Positions 51,319 to 64,000 of a stretch of DNA of 64,000 bases are shown here, in pieces. Source of the stretch: Nemertoderma westbladi (taxonomy: Eukaryota > Animalia > Xenacoelomorpha); the NCBI GenBank assembly GCA_032718475.1, contig JAUCBJ010007021.1, positions 1 to 64,000 on the forward strand, written 5' to 3'. The position numbers were made by a program, and so were the translations under genes. Within the stretch, counting starts at the first letter, position 1; the number at the start of each line of letters is the position of its first letter. The notes under the pieces are model-generated. The model did not search any database. It saw only the letters and a list, made by a program, of their open reading frames with translations, and was not told the origin of the DNA.

Positions 51319-51477
51319 CTGTTAATCAAATAAACAATTAATTCGGCATAGACAATATTAGTGAACGGAAAACCGAATATTAATGAACATAAAATTCACA
51401 GGAACAATTACTAAATGTCTGAGGTTTCATTACTACCATCTATATTACTCATAGTAAATACACTAATATAAACTTAC

Positions 51478-51706
51478 CAGGTAACATTACCACATTCAAA
51501 CTGCTCGGTGTAGGTCCATCCTGGGGGGTAAACTCCGGTATCTGTTGTGCAGTTGCACTCCGAGATGGGACCTTCGATAGTTTCACCATCCGGTGGACAG
51601 CAGCCAGGTTCACAGTCGTCCTCGTCTTCGCATTCAGGCGACTGGCCCTCGCAGGTATACTCACACTTATTGGCGCAATCGCATGGGGTCAATGGCGGCG
51701 CGCATG
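51478..51706 (-). CDS. Mucin/vWF-like gene exon (TIL-like plus start of a VWC-like module)
   Basis: CAG acceptor and GTAAGT donor, phase 1-2. Reads TCAPPLTPCDCANKCEYTCEG..CEPGCCPPDG..SECNC..YPPG..ECGNVT. Confidence 0.85.
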
Positions 51707-51769
51707 CTGATTGGATAAATATTGAAGATCAAGAGTAGACCTCATTGCACGGACTTAGACCTGCCTACT

Positions 51770-53358
51770 AGATTAACTTACTAGGACGAATAAGTTCAGG
51801 ACGGTAACATACTAGACGTTCGTGTAACGTACTAGTCGGACATGTAACTTTAACTTACGAGGCGGTAAGTAACTTACTAGACGGACATCCAACTTACTAG
51901 ACGGACATGTGACTTACTAGACGGACATGTAACTTACTAGACGGACATGTAACTTACTTGATGGACATGTAACTTTAACCTACAAGGCGGTATGAAAATT
52001 ACTAGACGGACATGTAACATACTAGACGGACATGTAAATTACTAGACTGACATGTAACATATTATAAGAACATGTAACTTACAAGATGGACGTGTACGTG
52101 TAACTTACTAGACGAACATGTAACTTACTAGATGGACATGTAACTTACTAGATGGACATGTAACTTACTAGATGGACATGTAACTTACTAGATTGACATG
52201 TAACTTCTAGACGGACATGTAACTTCTAGACGGCAAGTAACGTACTAGATGGACATGTAACTTACTAGATGGACGTGTACGTGTAACTTACTAGACGAAA
52301 ATATAACTTACTAGATGGACGTGTAACTTATTCGACGGACATGTAACTTACTAGATGGACATGTAACTTACTAGAAGGACTTGTAACTTACTACATGGAT
52401 ATGTAACTTACTAGGCGGACATGTAACTTACTAGATGGACGTCTAACTTACTAGACAGGCAAATAACTTACTAGATGGACGTGTAACTTACTAGATGGAC
52501 ATGTAACTTACTAGATTGACATGTAACTTCTAGACGGACATGTAACTTCTAGACGGCAAGTAACGTACTAGATGGACATGTAACTTACTAGATGGACGTG
52601 TACGTGTAACTTACTAGACGAAAATATAACTTACTAGATGGACGTGTAACTTATTCGACGGACATGTAACTTACTAGATGGACATGTAACTTACTAGAAG
52701 GACTTGTAACTTACTACATGGATATGTAACTTACTAGGCGGACATGTAACTTACTAGATGGACGTCTAACTTACTAGACAGGCAAATAACTTACTAGATG
52801 GACGTGTAACCTATTAGACTGACATGTAACTTACTAGACGGACATGTAACTTACTAGATGGACGTGTAAGTGTAACTTACTAGACGAACATGTAACTTAC
52901 TAGATGGACATCATGTAACTTACTAGATGAACATGTAACTTACTAGACGGACATGTAACTTACTAGACGGACATGTAACTTACTAGATGGACGTGTACGT
53001 GTAACTTACTAGACGAAAATATAACTTACTAGATGGACGTGTAACTTATTCGACGGACATGTAACTTACTAGATGGACATGTAACTTACTACATGGATAT
53101 GTAACTTACTAGGCGGACATGTAACTTACTAGATGGACGTCTAACTTACTAGACATGCAAATAACTTACTAGATGGACGTGTATCCTATTAGACTGACAT
53201 GTAACTTACTAGACGGACATGTAACTTACTAGATGGACGTGTAAGTGTAACTTACTAGACGAACATGTAACTTACTAGATGGACATCATGTAACTTACTA
53301 GATGGACATGTAACTTACTAGATGGACATGTAACTTACTAGACGGACATGTAACTTAC
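51770..53358. repeat. ~20-bp satellite (taacttactagacggacatg, ~80 units) filling most of an intron from its donor site
   Basis: Minus-strand unit GTAAGTTACATGTCCGTCTA starts exactly at the donor (53358). Confidence 0.92.
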
Positions 53359-53505
53359 TTTCGCAGGTAGAGGCTGCACAAACTTGCATCTCGGATTCCG
53401 TATCGACTATTTCCCCATCCCGAATACATTCTCTCATTCTGGTTATCTTTCCGGCAGTGGAGCATGTCGCATCGCACTCTGTCCATGGTGTCCAGTCCTC
53501 CCAAA
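53359..53505 (-). CDS. Mucin/vWF-like gene exon: thrombospondin type 1 repeat
   Basis: CAG acceptor and GTAAGT donor, phase 1-1. Reads (C)VWEDWTPWTECDATCSTAGKITRMRECIRDG..VCAASTCE (WxxWxxW, CxxTC, RxRxC). Confidence 0.88.
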
Positions 53506-53624
53506 CTGAGAAAATTCAATTAAATTAATTTCGTTAACATCCCAATAAAATTACAAACACACAATTTCAAGAAATTAAAAATAAAACCATGAAAAGTGTA
53601 AATGTAAATGTATCCCGTTTGGTT

Positions 53625-54575
53625 TCCGTTGGAATCCACCGGCATTTCGAATAGAAATTAATGATATTCAATTGCCTTGGGTTAAAGATGCTACTCATCT
53701 AGGAATACTTATCGATTATAAGTGCCGTTTAACTGGTGATATTTTGAGAAAAAGGGGACAATTTATTGGTAAACTAAATAATATTAAGCAAGAATTTGGA
53801 TTTGCACATCCTAGTAATATTTTACAAATACAGAGATTATATGCAATGTCGTTTTATGGTAGTAATACCTGGAATTTGTGGTCTGATGAGTGCCGTAGAT
53901 TATTAACAAGTTGGAATATTAACGTTAGGATTACCTGTCGTCTACCATACAATTCTCATAGGTTCATAGTGCAGGAAATTCCGGGTTTTATGCACCCATG
54001 GGTGATTATTTGTAAAAATTTCGTAACTTTCAGCAATACTTTATTACACTCAAATAGGACGTGCATACGGTTTTTAGCTAAACTGTTGTTATCGGATTGC
54101 AGGTCAATAAGTGGTAGAAATTTACGTAATATTGCAACAGAGTGTGGTACTTCAAACATATCTATTTTAACCTGCATTAATTAGTACGAAACTTAAGTAT
54201 GTTTCTATTCCATCAGGTGAAGAATGGAAAGTAGAAGATACATGTAAAGATTTAATTGATGCCTTAATCAGTTTTTCGGTGATTCCGGGTTTCGAAGGTG
54301 AAGGTCAAAGTTTACTAAACTATATTTCATCGTGCTAGGAGTAAGTAAATAGTTATTTTTTCGTTAACTTTTGTTGTATGTATAAGTATTGTGCATATTG
54401 AATATAGTATATTCCCGTGCCATTTATACACCACACTACATACGCTCTTTATAATATGTGCTACTAATAATTACCATACTACAGTGCTGTGCCAATAATT
54501 ATTAATGTAGTGTTACTTTACTTAATTTGTACTTATACGTTGTATAATGTACGTAATAAACAAATCAAATCAAAT
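53625..54575 (+). mobile_element. LINE 3' fragment
   Basis: ORF LPWVKDATHLG..FYGSNTWNL resembles a non-LTR ORF2 C-terminus; it ends in AATAAA and (AAATC)n. Confidence 0.7.
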
Positions 54576-54766
54576 AGGAATCACTACATCCTCCTATTCA
54601 TAAGTTTCTGATTTGCAATCTATGATCTGTTTCGCTATTTGCAAACTGTTTTGATGCCCTTTGATGAACTAACAGGTTACATTTTTTTATTATCATTTGT
54701 TTTGTGTCTCACATATCAGAGACGGAGTTACGGTTATTGTGAACCTATACTGAATGTGCGAGACGC

Positions 54767-54798
<32 letters not shown>

Positions 54799-55261
54799 CG
54801 CAAAACCCGCCTTGGCGAATTAATACCCCGCCTCAATGTTAAATTCTCAATTTAGGAAAAGGAGCAGGTTACAGTGGCACGGTATTTTAACCAAAACAAT
54901 AAACTGAACACAATCGAACAGCTTTCAGTTTTATTTTTGAGAGTAATCATCTGGTATTTGCGTCCAATTTCCCATGGAGAGGGATGAATTTTTATTGCGT
55001 CCAGTTTCCCCCCCGAATGTGCCTGTGCCGTACCCGGACTGCGCGACACCCTGAATGTTATAGATTGGGACTCCCATCACTTCACTATATAGGCCCCAGT
55101 GTATGTCAATCAACGAGTTTGATACAGTCAAAATAATAATTTTCAGTCACCCAAAACAGGAAATTACAGTAATTTCAAATCAACAAATTACATTATAATT
55201 ATCAAAAGGCAAGCAAACAGTCGGCCGAAGTCGGAGGCGACCCGAAGGCTCTTCTTTCGCT

Positions 55262-55872
55262 AGCTGCTACCCGAGGGTAGGGGTGGGCCGTGGGCGCTAC
55301 TCCTATTTGCTACCCGAAGGTAGTGGTGTGCGTTACTCCTATCTGCTACCCGAAGGTAGGGGTGGGCGCTAATCCTATCTGCTACCCTACGCTATGGGTG
55401 GGTGCTACTCCTATGTTGCTACCCTAGGGTAGGGGTGGGCGCTACTCATATCTGCTACCCGAAGGTAGGGGTGGGCGCTACTCCTACCTGCTACAGGAAT
55501 ATAGGGATGGGCGCTACTCATATCTGCTACCCGAAGGTAGGGGTGGGCGCTACTCCTATCTGCTACCCGAAGGTAGGGGTGGGCGCTACTCCTATCTGCT
55601 ACCCGAAGGTAGGGATGGGCGCTACTCATATCTGCTACCCGAAGGTAGGGGTGGGCGCTACTCCTATCTGCTACCCGAGGGTAGGGGTGGGCGCTACTCC
55701 TATTTGCTACACGAATATAGGGGTGGGCGCTACTCCTATCTTCTACCCGAGGGTAGGAGTGGGCACTACTACTATCTGCTACCCGAGGGTAGGCGTGGGC
55801 GCTACTCCTATCTGCTACACAAATATAGGGGTGGGCGCTACTCCTATCTGCTACCCGAAGGTAGGGGTGGGG
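55262..55872. repeat. 39-bp minisatellite (ctcctatctgctacccgaaggtaggggtgggcgcta core)
   Basis: Period read directly; each unit has a small ctacc..ggtag hairpin. Confidence 0.9.
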
Positions 55873-57032
55873 TTAGGGTTAGGGTTAAATTTGTGTTTTA
55901 AAAGTAATATATTTTTAGGTGTGGAGGCAAACCAATTTGTAAAAATTATTAAAATTTACCTTATGCCGATAGTATTGATACTGAAATATTAATTTATCAT
56001 GTCAGCGCCTCAACGAAATTATTTAGCTAATTATTACTAATAATTACTTAGACTTAAATGCTAATAATTGCGATTAAATACTCGGCAATCATTTTGCGAG
56101 ATAAAGCAAGATGGATTATTAGTCTGGCACCTTACACTAGTAGTACCTGCCTTTGTCCTATAGATGTAATTAGACGTTGCCAAGTAAGTGGTGAGATGAC
56201 AGGACTGGTTTATGCCAAGGAATGAGAGAACTGGAAGTATAGAGTGACTAGGGCATTTTGATATCTTAATTAGGTTTAGATCAATTAAAAACACATTTCA
56301 TAAAGCAAATCAGTTGAACTAATTAACAACTATAATGTAATGGGGTATGGGGATTACATCTGTATAATGTTTAAGTATAAATATTTGTATCTTATACTTT
56401 AAAAAATAATATCCATTAAAAGTCATGTTTAAAATGCTGTTTTACCCAAACCAACATTAATTAATTAAACATTAATTAATTAACTGAATTTATCTTACCT
56501 TCTCGAAGGCCATTCTCAAGGCCATTCTCAAGGAATTCAACTTTGAAAGTTTCGAAACTGTTGCCAAACAACATGTATACCAAGTTTGGATGGATTTTAA
56601 AACTTTTAGATATTATTTTATTTTATTATTTTAGATATTAACGGTTAAAATTTGACGTTTAAAATTTGACATAACAGAACAACATAATAACAGACACGCC
56701 GATTGAGTTAGTGGTACCCGTATGCTAAGCTCGCTTACTTTCGTGGCTCGCCTCAGATTTATTCCAGATATGCATACTTATTAATTGTTAAAAAGAACAT
56801 TATTTTAATTCAGACATTGTTAAGTAATGTGGGGTAAATATAATAGGATATATATATATAATAAAATATATAAATAATATACATCCAGCATAATACTAAT
56901 GTAACAGGGCATATTAATCTCTACCGTATAGGAAAATATATTGCGTAGAATACTTTACAGTATTCAAGTCGGCTAGTCCGAATTAAACAGTATTATTATT
57001 ATTATTATTAAAAATAATATGAATGAACTTAC

Positions 57033-60000
57033 CGCAAGGAGAAGTAGTTGTTGGAGGTACGACTGGTGGGGTGGTTGTAGGAGGTACTACTGGTGGGGTG
57101 GTTGTAGGAGGTACGACTGGTGGGGTGGTTGTAGGAGGTACGACTGGTGGGGTGGTTGTAGGAGGTACGACTGGTGGGGTGGTTGTTGGAGGTACGACTG
57201 GTGGGGTGGTTGTAGGAGGTACGACTGGTGGGGTGGTTGTTGGAGGTACGACTGGTGGGGTGGTTGTAGGAGGTACGACAGGTGGGGTGGTTGTAGGAGG
57301 TACGACTGGTGGGGTGGTTGTAGGAGGAACGACAGGTGGGGTGGTTGTAGGCGGTACTACTGGTGGGGTGGTTGTTGGAGGTACGACAGGTGGGGTGGTT
57401 GTAGGAGGTACGACTGGTGGGGTGGTTGTAGGAGGTACGACTGGTGGGGTGGTTGTTGGAGGTACGACTGGTGGGGTGGTTGTAGGAGGTACGACTGGTG
57501 GGGTGGTTGTAGGAGGTACTACTGGTGGGGTGGTTGTAGGAGGTACGACTGGTGGGGTGGTTGTAGGAGGTACGACTGGTGGGGTGGTTGTTGGAGGTAC
57601 GACTGGTGGGGTGGTTGTTGGAGGTACGACTGGTGGGGTGGTTGTTGGAGGTACGACTGGTGGGGTGGTTGTAGGAGGTACGACTGGTGGGGTGGTTGTA
57701 GGAGGTACGACTGGTGGGGTGGTTGTTGGAGGTACGACTGGTGGGGTGGTTGTAGGAGGTACGACTGGTGGGGTGGTTGTTGGAGGTACGACAGGTGGGG
57801 TGGTTGTTGGAGGTACGACTGGTGGGGTGGTTGTTGGAGGTACGACTGGTGGGGTGGTTGTAGGAGGTACGACTGGTGGGGTGGTTGTTGGAGGTACGAC
57901 TGGTGGGGTGGTTGTAGGAGGTACGACTGGTGGGGTGGTTGTAGGAGGTACTACTGGTGGGGTGGTTGTAGGAGGTACGACAGGTGGGGTGGTTGTTGGA
58001 GGTACGACTGGTGGAGTGGTTGTAGGCGGTACGACTGGTGGGGTGGTTGTAGGAGGTACTACTGGCGGGGTGGTTGTTGGAGGTACGACAGGTGGGGTGG
58101 TTGTGGAGGTACGACTGGTGGGGTGGTCGTAGGAGGTACGACTGGTGGGGTGGTTGTTGGAGGTACGACTGGTGGGGTGGTTGTAGGAGGTACGACTGGT
58201 GGGGTGGTTGTTGGAGGTACGACTGGTGGGGTGGTTGTAGGAGGTACGACTGGTGGGGTGGTTGTTGGAGGTACGACTGGTGGGGTGGTTGTAGGAGGTA
58301 CGACTGGTGGGGTGGTTGTTGGAGGTACGACTGGTGGGGTGGTTGTAGGAGGTACGACTGGTGGGGTGGTTGTTGGAGGTACGACTGGTGGAGTGGTTGT
58401 AGGAGGTACGACTGGTGGGGTGGTTGTAGGAGGTACGACTGGTGGGGTGGTTGTAGGAGGTACGACTGGTGGGGTGGTTGTAGGAGGTACGACTGGTGGG
58501 GTGGTTGTAGGAGGTACGACTGGTGGGGTGGTTGTAGGAGGTACGACTGGTGGGGTGGTTGTTGGAGGTACGACTGGTGGGGTGGTTGTAGGAGGTACGA
58601 CTGGTGGGGTGGTTGTAGGAGGTACGACTGGTGGGGTGGTTGTAGGAGGTACGACTGGTGGGGTGGTTGTAGGAGGTACGACTGGTGGGGTGGTTGTTGG
58701 AGGTACGACTGGTGGGGTGGTTGTAGGAGGTACGACTGGTGGGGTGGTTGTTGGAGGTACGACTGGTGGGGTGGTTGTAGGAGGTACGACTGGTGGGGTG
58801 GTTGTTGGAGGTACGACTGGTGGGGTGGTTGTAGGAGGTACGACTGGTGGGGTGGTTGTTGGAGGTACGACTGGTGGGGTGGTTGTAGGAGGTACGACTG
58901 GTGGGGTGGTTGTAGGAGGTACGACAGGTGGGGTGGTTGTAGGAGGTACGACTGGTGGGGTGGTTGTAGGAGGTACGACAGGTGGGGTGGTTGTTGGAGG
59001 TACGACTGGTGGGGTGGTTGTAGGAGGTACGACTGGTGGGGTGGTTGTAGGAGGTACGACTGGTGGGGTGGTTGTTGGAGGTACGACTGGTGGGGTGGTT
59101 GTTGGAGGTACGACTGGTGGGGTGGTTGTCGGAGGTACGACTGGTGGGGTGGTCGTAGGAGGTACGACTGGTGGGGTGGTTGTTGGAGGTACGACTGGTG
59201 GGGTGGTTGTAGGAGGTACGACTGGTGGGGTGGTTGTTGGAGGTACGACTGGTGGAGTGGTTGTAGGAGGTACGACTGGTGGGGTGGTTGTAGGAGGTAC
59301 GACTGGTGGGGTGGTTGTAGGAGGTACGACTGGTGGGGTGGTTGTTGGAGGTACGACTGGTGGAGTGGTTGTTGGAGGTACGACTGGTGGGGTGGTTGTC
59401 GGAGGTACGACTGGTGGGGTGGTCGTAGGAGGTACGACAGGTGGGGTGGTTGTAGGAGGTACGACTGGTGGGGTGGTTGTTGGAGGTACGACTGGTGGGG
59501 TGGTTGTAGGAGGTACGACTGGTGGGGTGGTTGTTGGAGGTACGACTGGTGGGGTGGTTGTTGGAGGTACGACTGGTGGGGTGGTTGTTGGAGGTACGAC
59601 TGGTGGGGTGGTTGTAGGCGGTACTACTGGTGGGGTGGTTGTTGGAGGTACGACTGGTGGGGTGGTTGTAGGAGGTACGACTGGTGGAGTGGTTGTTGGA
59701 GGTACGACTGGTGGGGTGGTTGTAGGAGGTACGACTGGTGGAGTGGTTGTTGGAGGTACTACTGGTGGGGTGGTTGTAGGAGGTACGACGGGTGGGGTGG
59801 TTGTAGGAGGTACGACTGGTGGGGTTGTTGTTGGAGGTACGACTGGTGGGGTGGTTGTTGGAGGTACGACTGGTGGGGTGGTTGTAGGAGGTACGACGGG
59901 TGGGGTGGTTGTAGGAGGTACGACTGGTGGGGTGGTTGTTGGAGGTACGACTGGTGGGGTGGTTGTAGGAGGTACGACAGGTGGGGTGGTTGTTGGAGGT

Positions 60001-63000
60001 ACGACTGGTGGGGTGGTTGTTGGAGGAACGACAGGTGGGGTGGTTGTTGGAGGTACGACTGGCGGGGTAGTTGTCGGAGGTACGACTGGTGGGGTGGTTG
60101 TAGGAGGTACGACTGGTGGGGTGGTTGTTGGAGGTACGACAGGTGGGGTGGTTGTTGGAGGTACGACTGGTGGGGTGGTTGTAGGAGGTACGACTGGTGG
60201 GGTGGTTGTTGGAGGTACGACAGGTGGGGTGGTTGTTGGAGGTACGACTGGTGGGGTGGTTGTAGGAGGTACGACTGGTGGAGTGGTTGTTGGAGGTACG
60301 ACTGGTGGGGTGGTTGTAGGAGGTACGACAGGTGGGGTGGTTGTTGGAGGTACTACTGGTGGGGTGGTTGTAGAAGGCGGTGCTGTAGGGGGTGGGCCTG
60401 GTGGAGTAGTTGTAGGAGGTACGACTGGCGGGGTGGTTGTTGGAGGAACGACAGGTGGGGTGGTTGTAGGCGGTACTACTGGTGGGGTGGTTGTTGGAGG
60501 TACGACTGGTGGGGTGGTTGTAGGCGGTACTACTGGTGGGGTGGTTGTCGGAGGTACGACTGGTGGGGTGGTTGTAGGAGGTACGACTGGTGGGGTGGTT
60601 GTTGGAGGTACGACTGGTGGGGTGGTTGTAGGAGGTACGACTGGTGGGGTGGTTGTAGGAGGTACGACAGGTGGGGTGGTTGTAGGAGGTACGACTGGTG
60701 GGGTGGTTGTAGGAGGTACGACTGGTGGGGTGGTTGTAGGAGGTACTACTGGTGGGTGGTTGTAGGAGGTACGACTGGTGGGGTGGTTGTAGGAGGTACG
60801 ACTGGTGGGGTGGTTGTAGGAGGTACGACTGGTGGGGTGGTTGTAGGAGGTACGACAGGTGGGGTGGTTGTAGGAGGTACGACTGGTGGGGTGGTTGTAG
60901 GAGGTACGACTGGTGGGGTGGTTGTAGGAGGTACGACTGGTGGGGTGGTTGTAGGAGGTACGACTGGTGGGGTGGTTGTTGGAGGTACGACTGGCGGAGT
61001 GGTTGTAGGAGGTACGACTGGTGGGGTGGTTGTAGGAGGTACGACTGGTGGGGTGGTTGTAGGAGGTACGACTGGTGGGGTGGTTGTAGGAGGTACGACA
61101 GGTGGGGTGGTTGTAGGAGGTACGACTGGTGGGGTGGTTGTAGGAGGTACGACTGGTGGGGTGGTTGTAGGAGGTACGACTGGTGGGGTGGTTGTTGGAG
61201 GTACGACTGGTGGGGTGGTTGTAGGAGGTACGACAGGTGGGGTGGTTGTAGGAGGTACGACTGGTGGGGTGGTTGTAGGAGGTACGACTGGTGGGGTGGT
61301 TGTTGGAGGTACGACTGGTGGGGTGGTTGTAGGAGGTACGACTGGTGGGGTGGTTGTAGGCGGTACGACTGGTGGGGTAGTTGTTGGAGGTACTACTGGT
61401 GGGGTGGTTGTAGGAGGAACGACTGGTGGGGTGGTTGTAGGCGGTACTACTGGTGGGGTGGTTGTTGGAGGTACGACAGGTGGGGTGGTTGTTGGAGGTA
61501 CGACTGGTGGGGTGGTTGTAGGAGGAACGACAGGTGGGGTGGTTGTAGGAGGTACGACTGGTGGGGTGGTTGTAGGCGGTACGACTGGTGGGGTGGTTGT
61601 AGGAGGTACGACTGGTGGGGTGGTTGTAGGAGGTACGACAGGTGGGGTGGTTGTAGGCGGTACGACTGGTGGGGTGGTTGTAGGAGGAACGACAGGTGGG
61701 GTGGTTGTAGGCGGTACTACTGGTGGGGTGGTTGTTGGAGGTACGACAGGTGGGGTGGTTGTAGGAGGTACGACTGGTGGGGTGGTTGTAGGAGGTACGA
61801 CTGGTGGGGTGGTTGTTGGAGGTACGACTGGTGGGGTGGTTGTAGGAGGTACGACTGGTGGGGTGGTTGTAGGAGGTACTACTGGTGGGGTGGTTGTAGG
61901 AGGTACGACTGGTGGGGTGGTTGTTGGAGGTACGACTGGTGGGGTGGTTGTAGGAGGTACGACTGGTGGGGTGGTTGTAGGAGGTACGACTGGTGGGGTG
62001 GTTGTTGGAGGTACGACTGGTGGGGTGGTTGTAGGAGGTACGACTGGTGGGGTGGTTGTTGGAGGTACGACTGGTGGGGTGGTTGTTGGAGGTACTACTG
62101 GTGGGGTGGTTGTAGGAGGTACGACTGGTGGGGTGGTTGTAGGAGGTACGACTGGTGGGGTGGTTGTAGGAGGTACGACTGGTGGGGTGGTTGTAGGAGG
62201 TACGACTGGCGGGGTGGTTGTAGGAGGTACGACTGGTGGAGTGGTTGTAGGAGGTACGACAGGTGGGGTGGTTGTAGGAGGTACGACTGGTGGGGTGGTT
62301 GTAGGAGGTACGACTGGTGGGGTGGTTGTAGGAGGTACGACTGGTGGGGTGGTTGTAGGAGGTACGACTGGTGGGGTGGTTGTAGGAGGTACGACTGGTG
62401 GGGTGGTTGTTGGAGGTACGACTGGTGGGGTGGTTGTAGGCGGTACGACTGGTGGGGTGGTTGTTGGAGGTACTACTGGTGGGGTGGTTGTAGGAGGAAC
62501 GACTGGTGGGGTGGTTGTAGGCGGTACTACTGGTGGGGTGGTTGTTGGAGGTACGACAGGTGGGGTGGTTGTAGGAGGTACGACTGGTGGGGTGGTTGTA
62601 GGAGGTACGACTGGTGGGGTGGTTGTAGGAGGTACGACTGGTGGGGTGGTTGTAGGAGGTACGACAGGTGGGGTGGTTGTAGGAGGTACGACAGGTGGGG
62701 TGGTTGTTGGAGGTACGACTGGTGGGGTGGTTGTTGGAGGTACTACTGGCGGAGTGGTTGTAGGAGGTACGACTGGTGGGGTGGTTGTAGGAGGTACGAC
62801 TGGTGGGGTGGTTGTAGGAGGTACGACTGGTGGGGTGGTTGTAGGAGGTACGACAGGTGGGGTGGTTGTAGGAGGTACGACTGGTGGGGTGGTTGTAGGA
62901 GGTACGACTGGTGGGGTGGTTGTAGGAGGTACGACTGGTGGGGTGGTTGTAGGAGGTACGACTGGTGGGGTGGTTGTTGGAGGTACGACTGGCGGAGTGG

Positions 63001-64000
63001 TTGTAGGAGGTACGACTGGTGGGGTGGTTGTAGGAGGTACGACTGGTGGGGTGGTTGTAGGAGGTACGACTGGTGGGGTGGTTGTAGGAGGTACGACAGG
63101 TGGGGTGGTTGTAGGAGGTACGACTGGTGGGGTGGTTGTTGGAGGTACGACTGGCGGAGTGGTTGTAGGAGGTACGACTGGTGGGGTGGTTGTAGGAGGT
63201 ACGACTGGTGGGGTGGTTGTAGGAGGTACGACTGGTGGGGTGGTCGTAGGAGGTACGACTGGTGGAGTGGTTGTAGGAGGTACGACTGGTGGGGTGGTTG
63301 TAGGAGGTACGACTGGTGGGGTGGTTGTTGGAGGTACGACTGGTGGAGTGGTTGTAGGCGGTACGACTGGTGGGGTGGTTGTAGGCGGTACTACTGGTGG
63401 GGTGGTTGTTGGAGGTACGACTGGTGGGGTGGTTGTTGGAGGTACGACTGGTGGGGTGGTTGTCGGAGGTACGACTGGTGGGGTGGTTGTAGGAGGTACG
63501 ACAGGTGGGGTGGTTGTAGGCGGTACTACTGGTGGGGTGGTTGTTGGAGGTACGACTGGTGGGGTGGTTGTAGGCGGTACTACTGGTGGGGTGGTTGTCG
63601 GAGGTACGACTGGTGGGGTGGTTGTAGGAGGTACGACTGGTGGGGTGGTTGTTGGAGGTACGACTGGTGGGGTGGTTGTAGGAGGTACGACTGGTGGGGT
63701 GGTTGTAGGAGGTACGACAGGTGGGGTGGTTGTAGGAGGTACGACTGGTGGGGTGGTTGTAGGAGGTACGACTGGTGGGGTGGTTGTAGGAGGTACGACT
63801 GGTGGGGTGGTTGTAGGAGGTACGACTGGTGGGGTGGTTGTAGGAGGTACGACTGGTGGGGTGGTTGTAGGAGGTACGACTGGTGGGGTGGTTGTTGGAG
63901 GTACGACAGGTGGGGTGGTTGTAGGAGGTACGACTGGTGGGGTGGTTGTAGGAGGTACGACTGGTGGGGTGGTTGTAGGAGGTACGACTGGTGGGGTGGT
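57033..64000 (-). CDS. Mucin PTS-type repeat exon: 27-bp unit encoding PPTTTPPVV (~258 units), continuing beyond the window
   Basis: Ends ...PPTTTSPC then G|GTAAGT, phase 1 and compatible with the TSP1 exon. A unique interruption at ~60375-60410 reads TTPPGPPPTAPPST. Two 1-bp deletions (~58104 and ~60755). Confidence 0.85.

Noticed and set aside
51770-53358. Recursive splice sites in the donor satellite
   Set aside because: The units read CTA|GTAAGT rather than polypyrimidine-AG|GT, so they are decoy donors and not canonical ratchet points.
55402-55992. 196-aa CYPKVGVGATPI repeat ORF
   Set aside because: It is a translation of an intronic 39-bp minisatellite, antisense to the host gene.
57019-60765. 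Plus-strand ORFs of GGTTGGVVV / RRYDWWGGC repeats (1248 aa and 369 aa)
   Set aside because: They are antisense shadows of the mucin repeat. The minus strand has a proper donor in phase with the downstream TSP1 exon.

Overview
This is repeat-rich animal (probably invertebrate) genomic DNA with spliceosomal introns and two convergent host genes. (1) A compact two-exon receptor tyrosine kinase on the + strand (8634-11860): signal peptide, Ig domain, Frizzled CRD, TM and a ROR/MuSK-type kinase, with no kringle. (2) The 3' part of a large gel-forming-mucin/vWF-like gene on the - strand. I traced it by hand through 9 phase-compatible exons, from a >7 kb PPTTTPPVV repeat exon through TSP1, TIL/VWC-like and C-terminal cystine-knot exons to a Pro-rich tail (stop at 21828). 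Its introns contain a young non-autonomous BEL/Pao LTR element (Gag-protease fused in frame to a Pol remnant, plus an unexplained 3' CCHC ORF split by one TGA and preceded by repeated hairpins). They also contain an EnSpm/CACTA-like DNA transposon carrying a PWWP-domain ORF, a hAT MITE, tandem Helitron-like elements and several LINE fragments. Four introns begin with tandem copies of their own 5' splice junction, and two satellite arrays arose from the 3' coding end of an RTE LINE. All calls come from manual reading and translation; no database searches were run.
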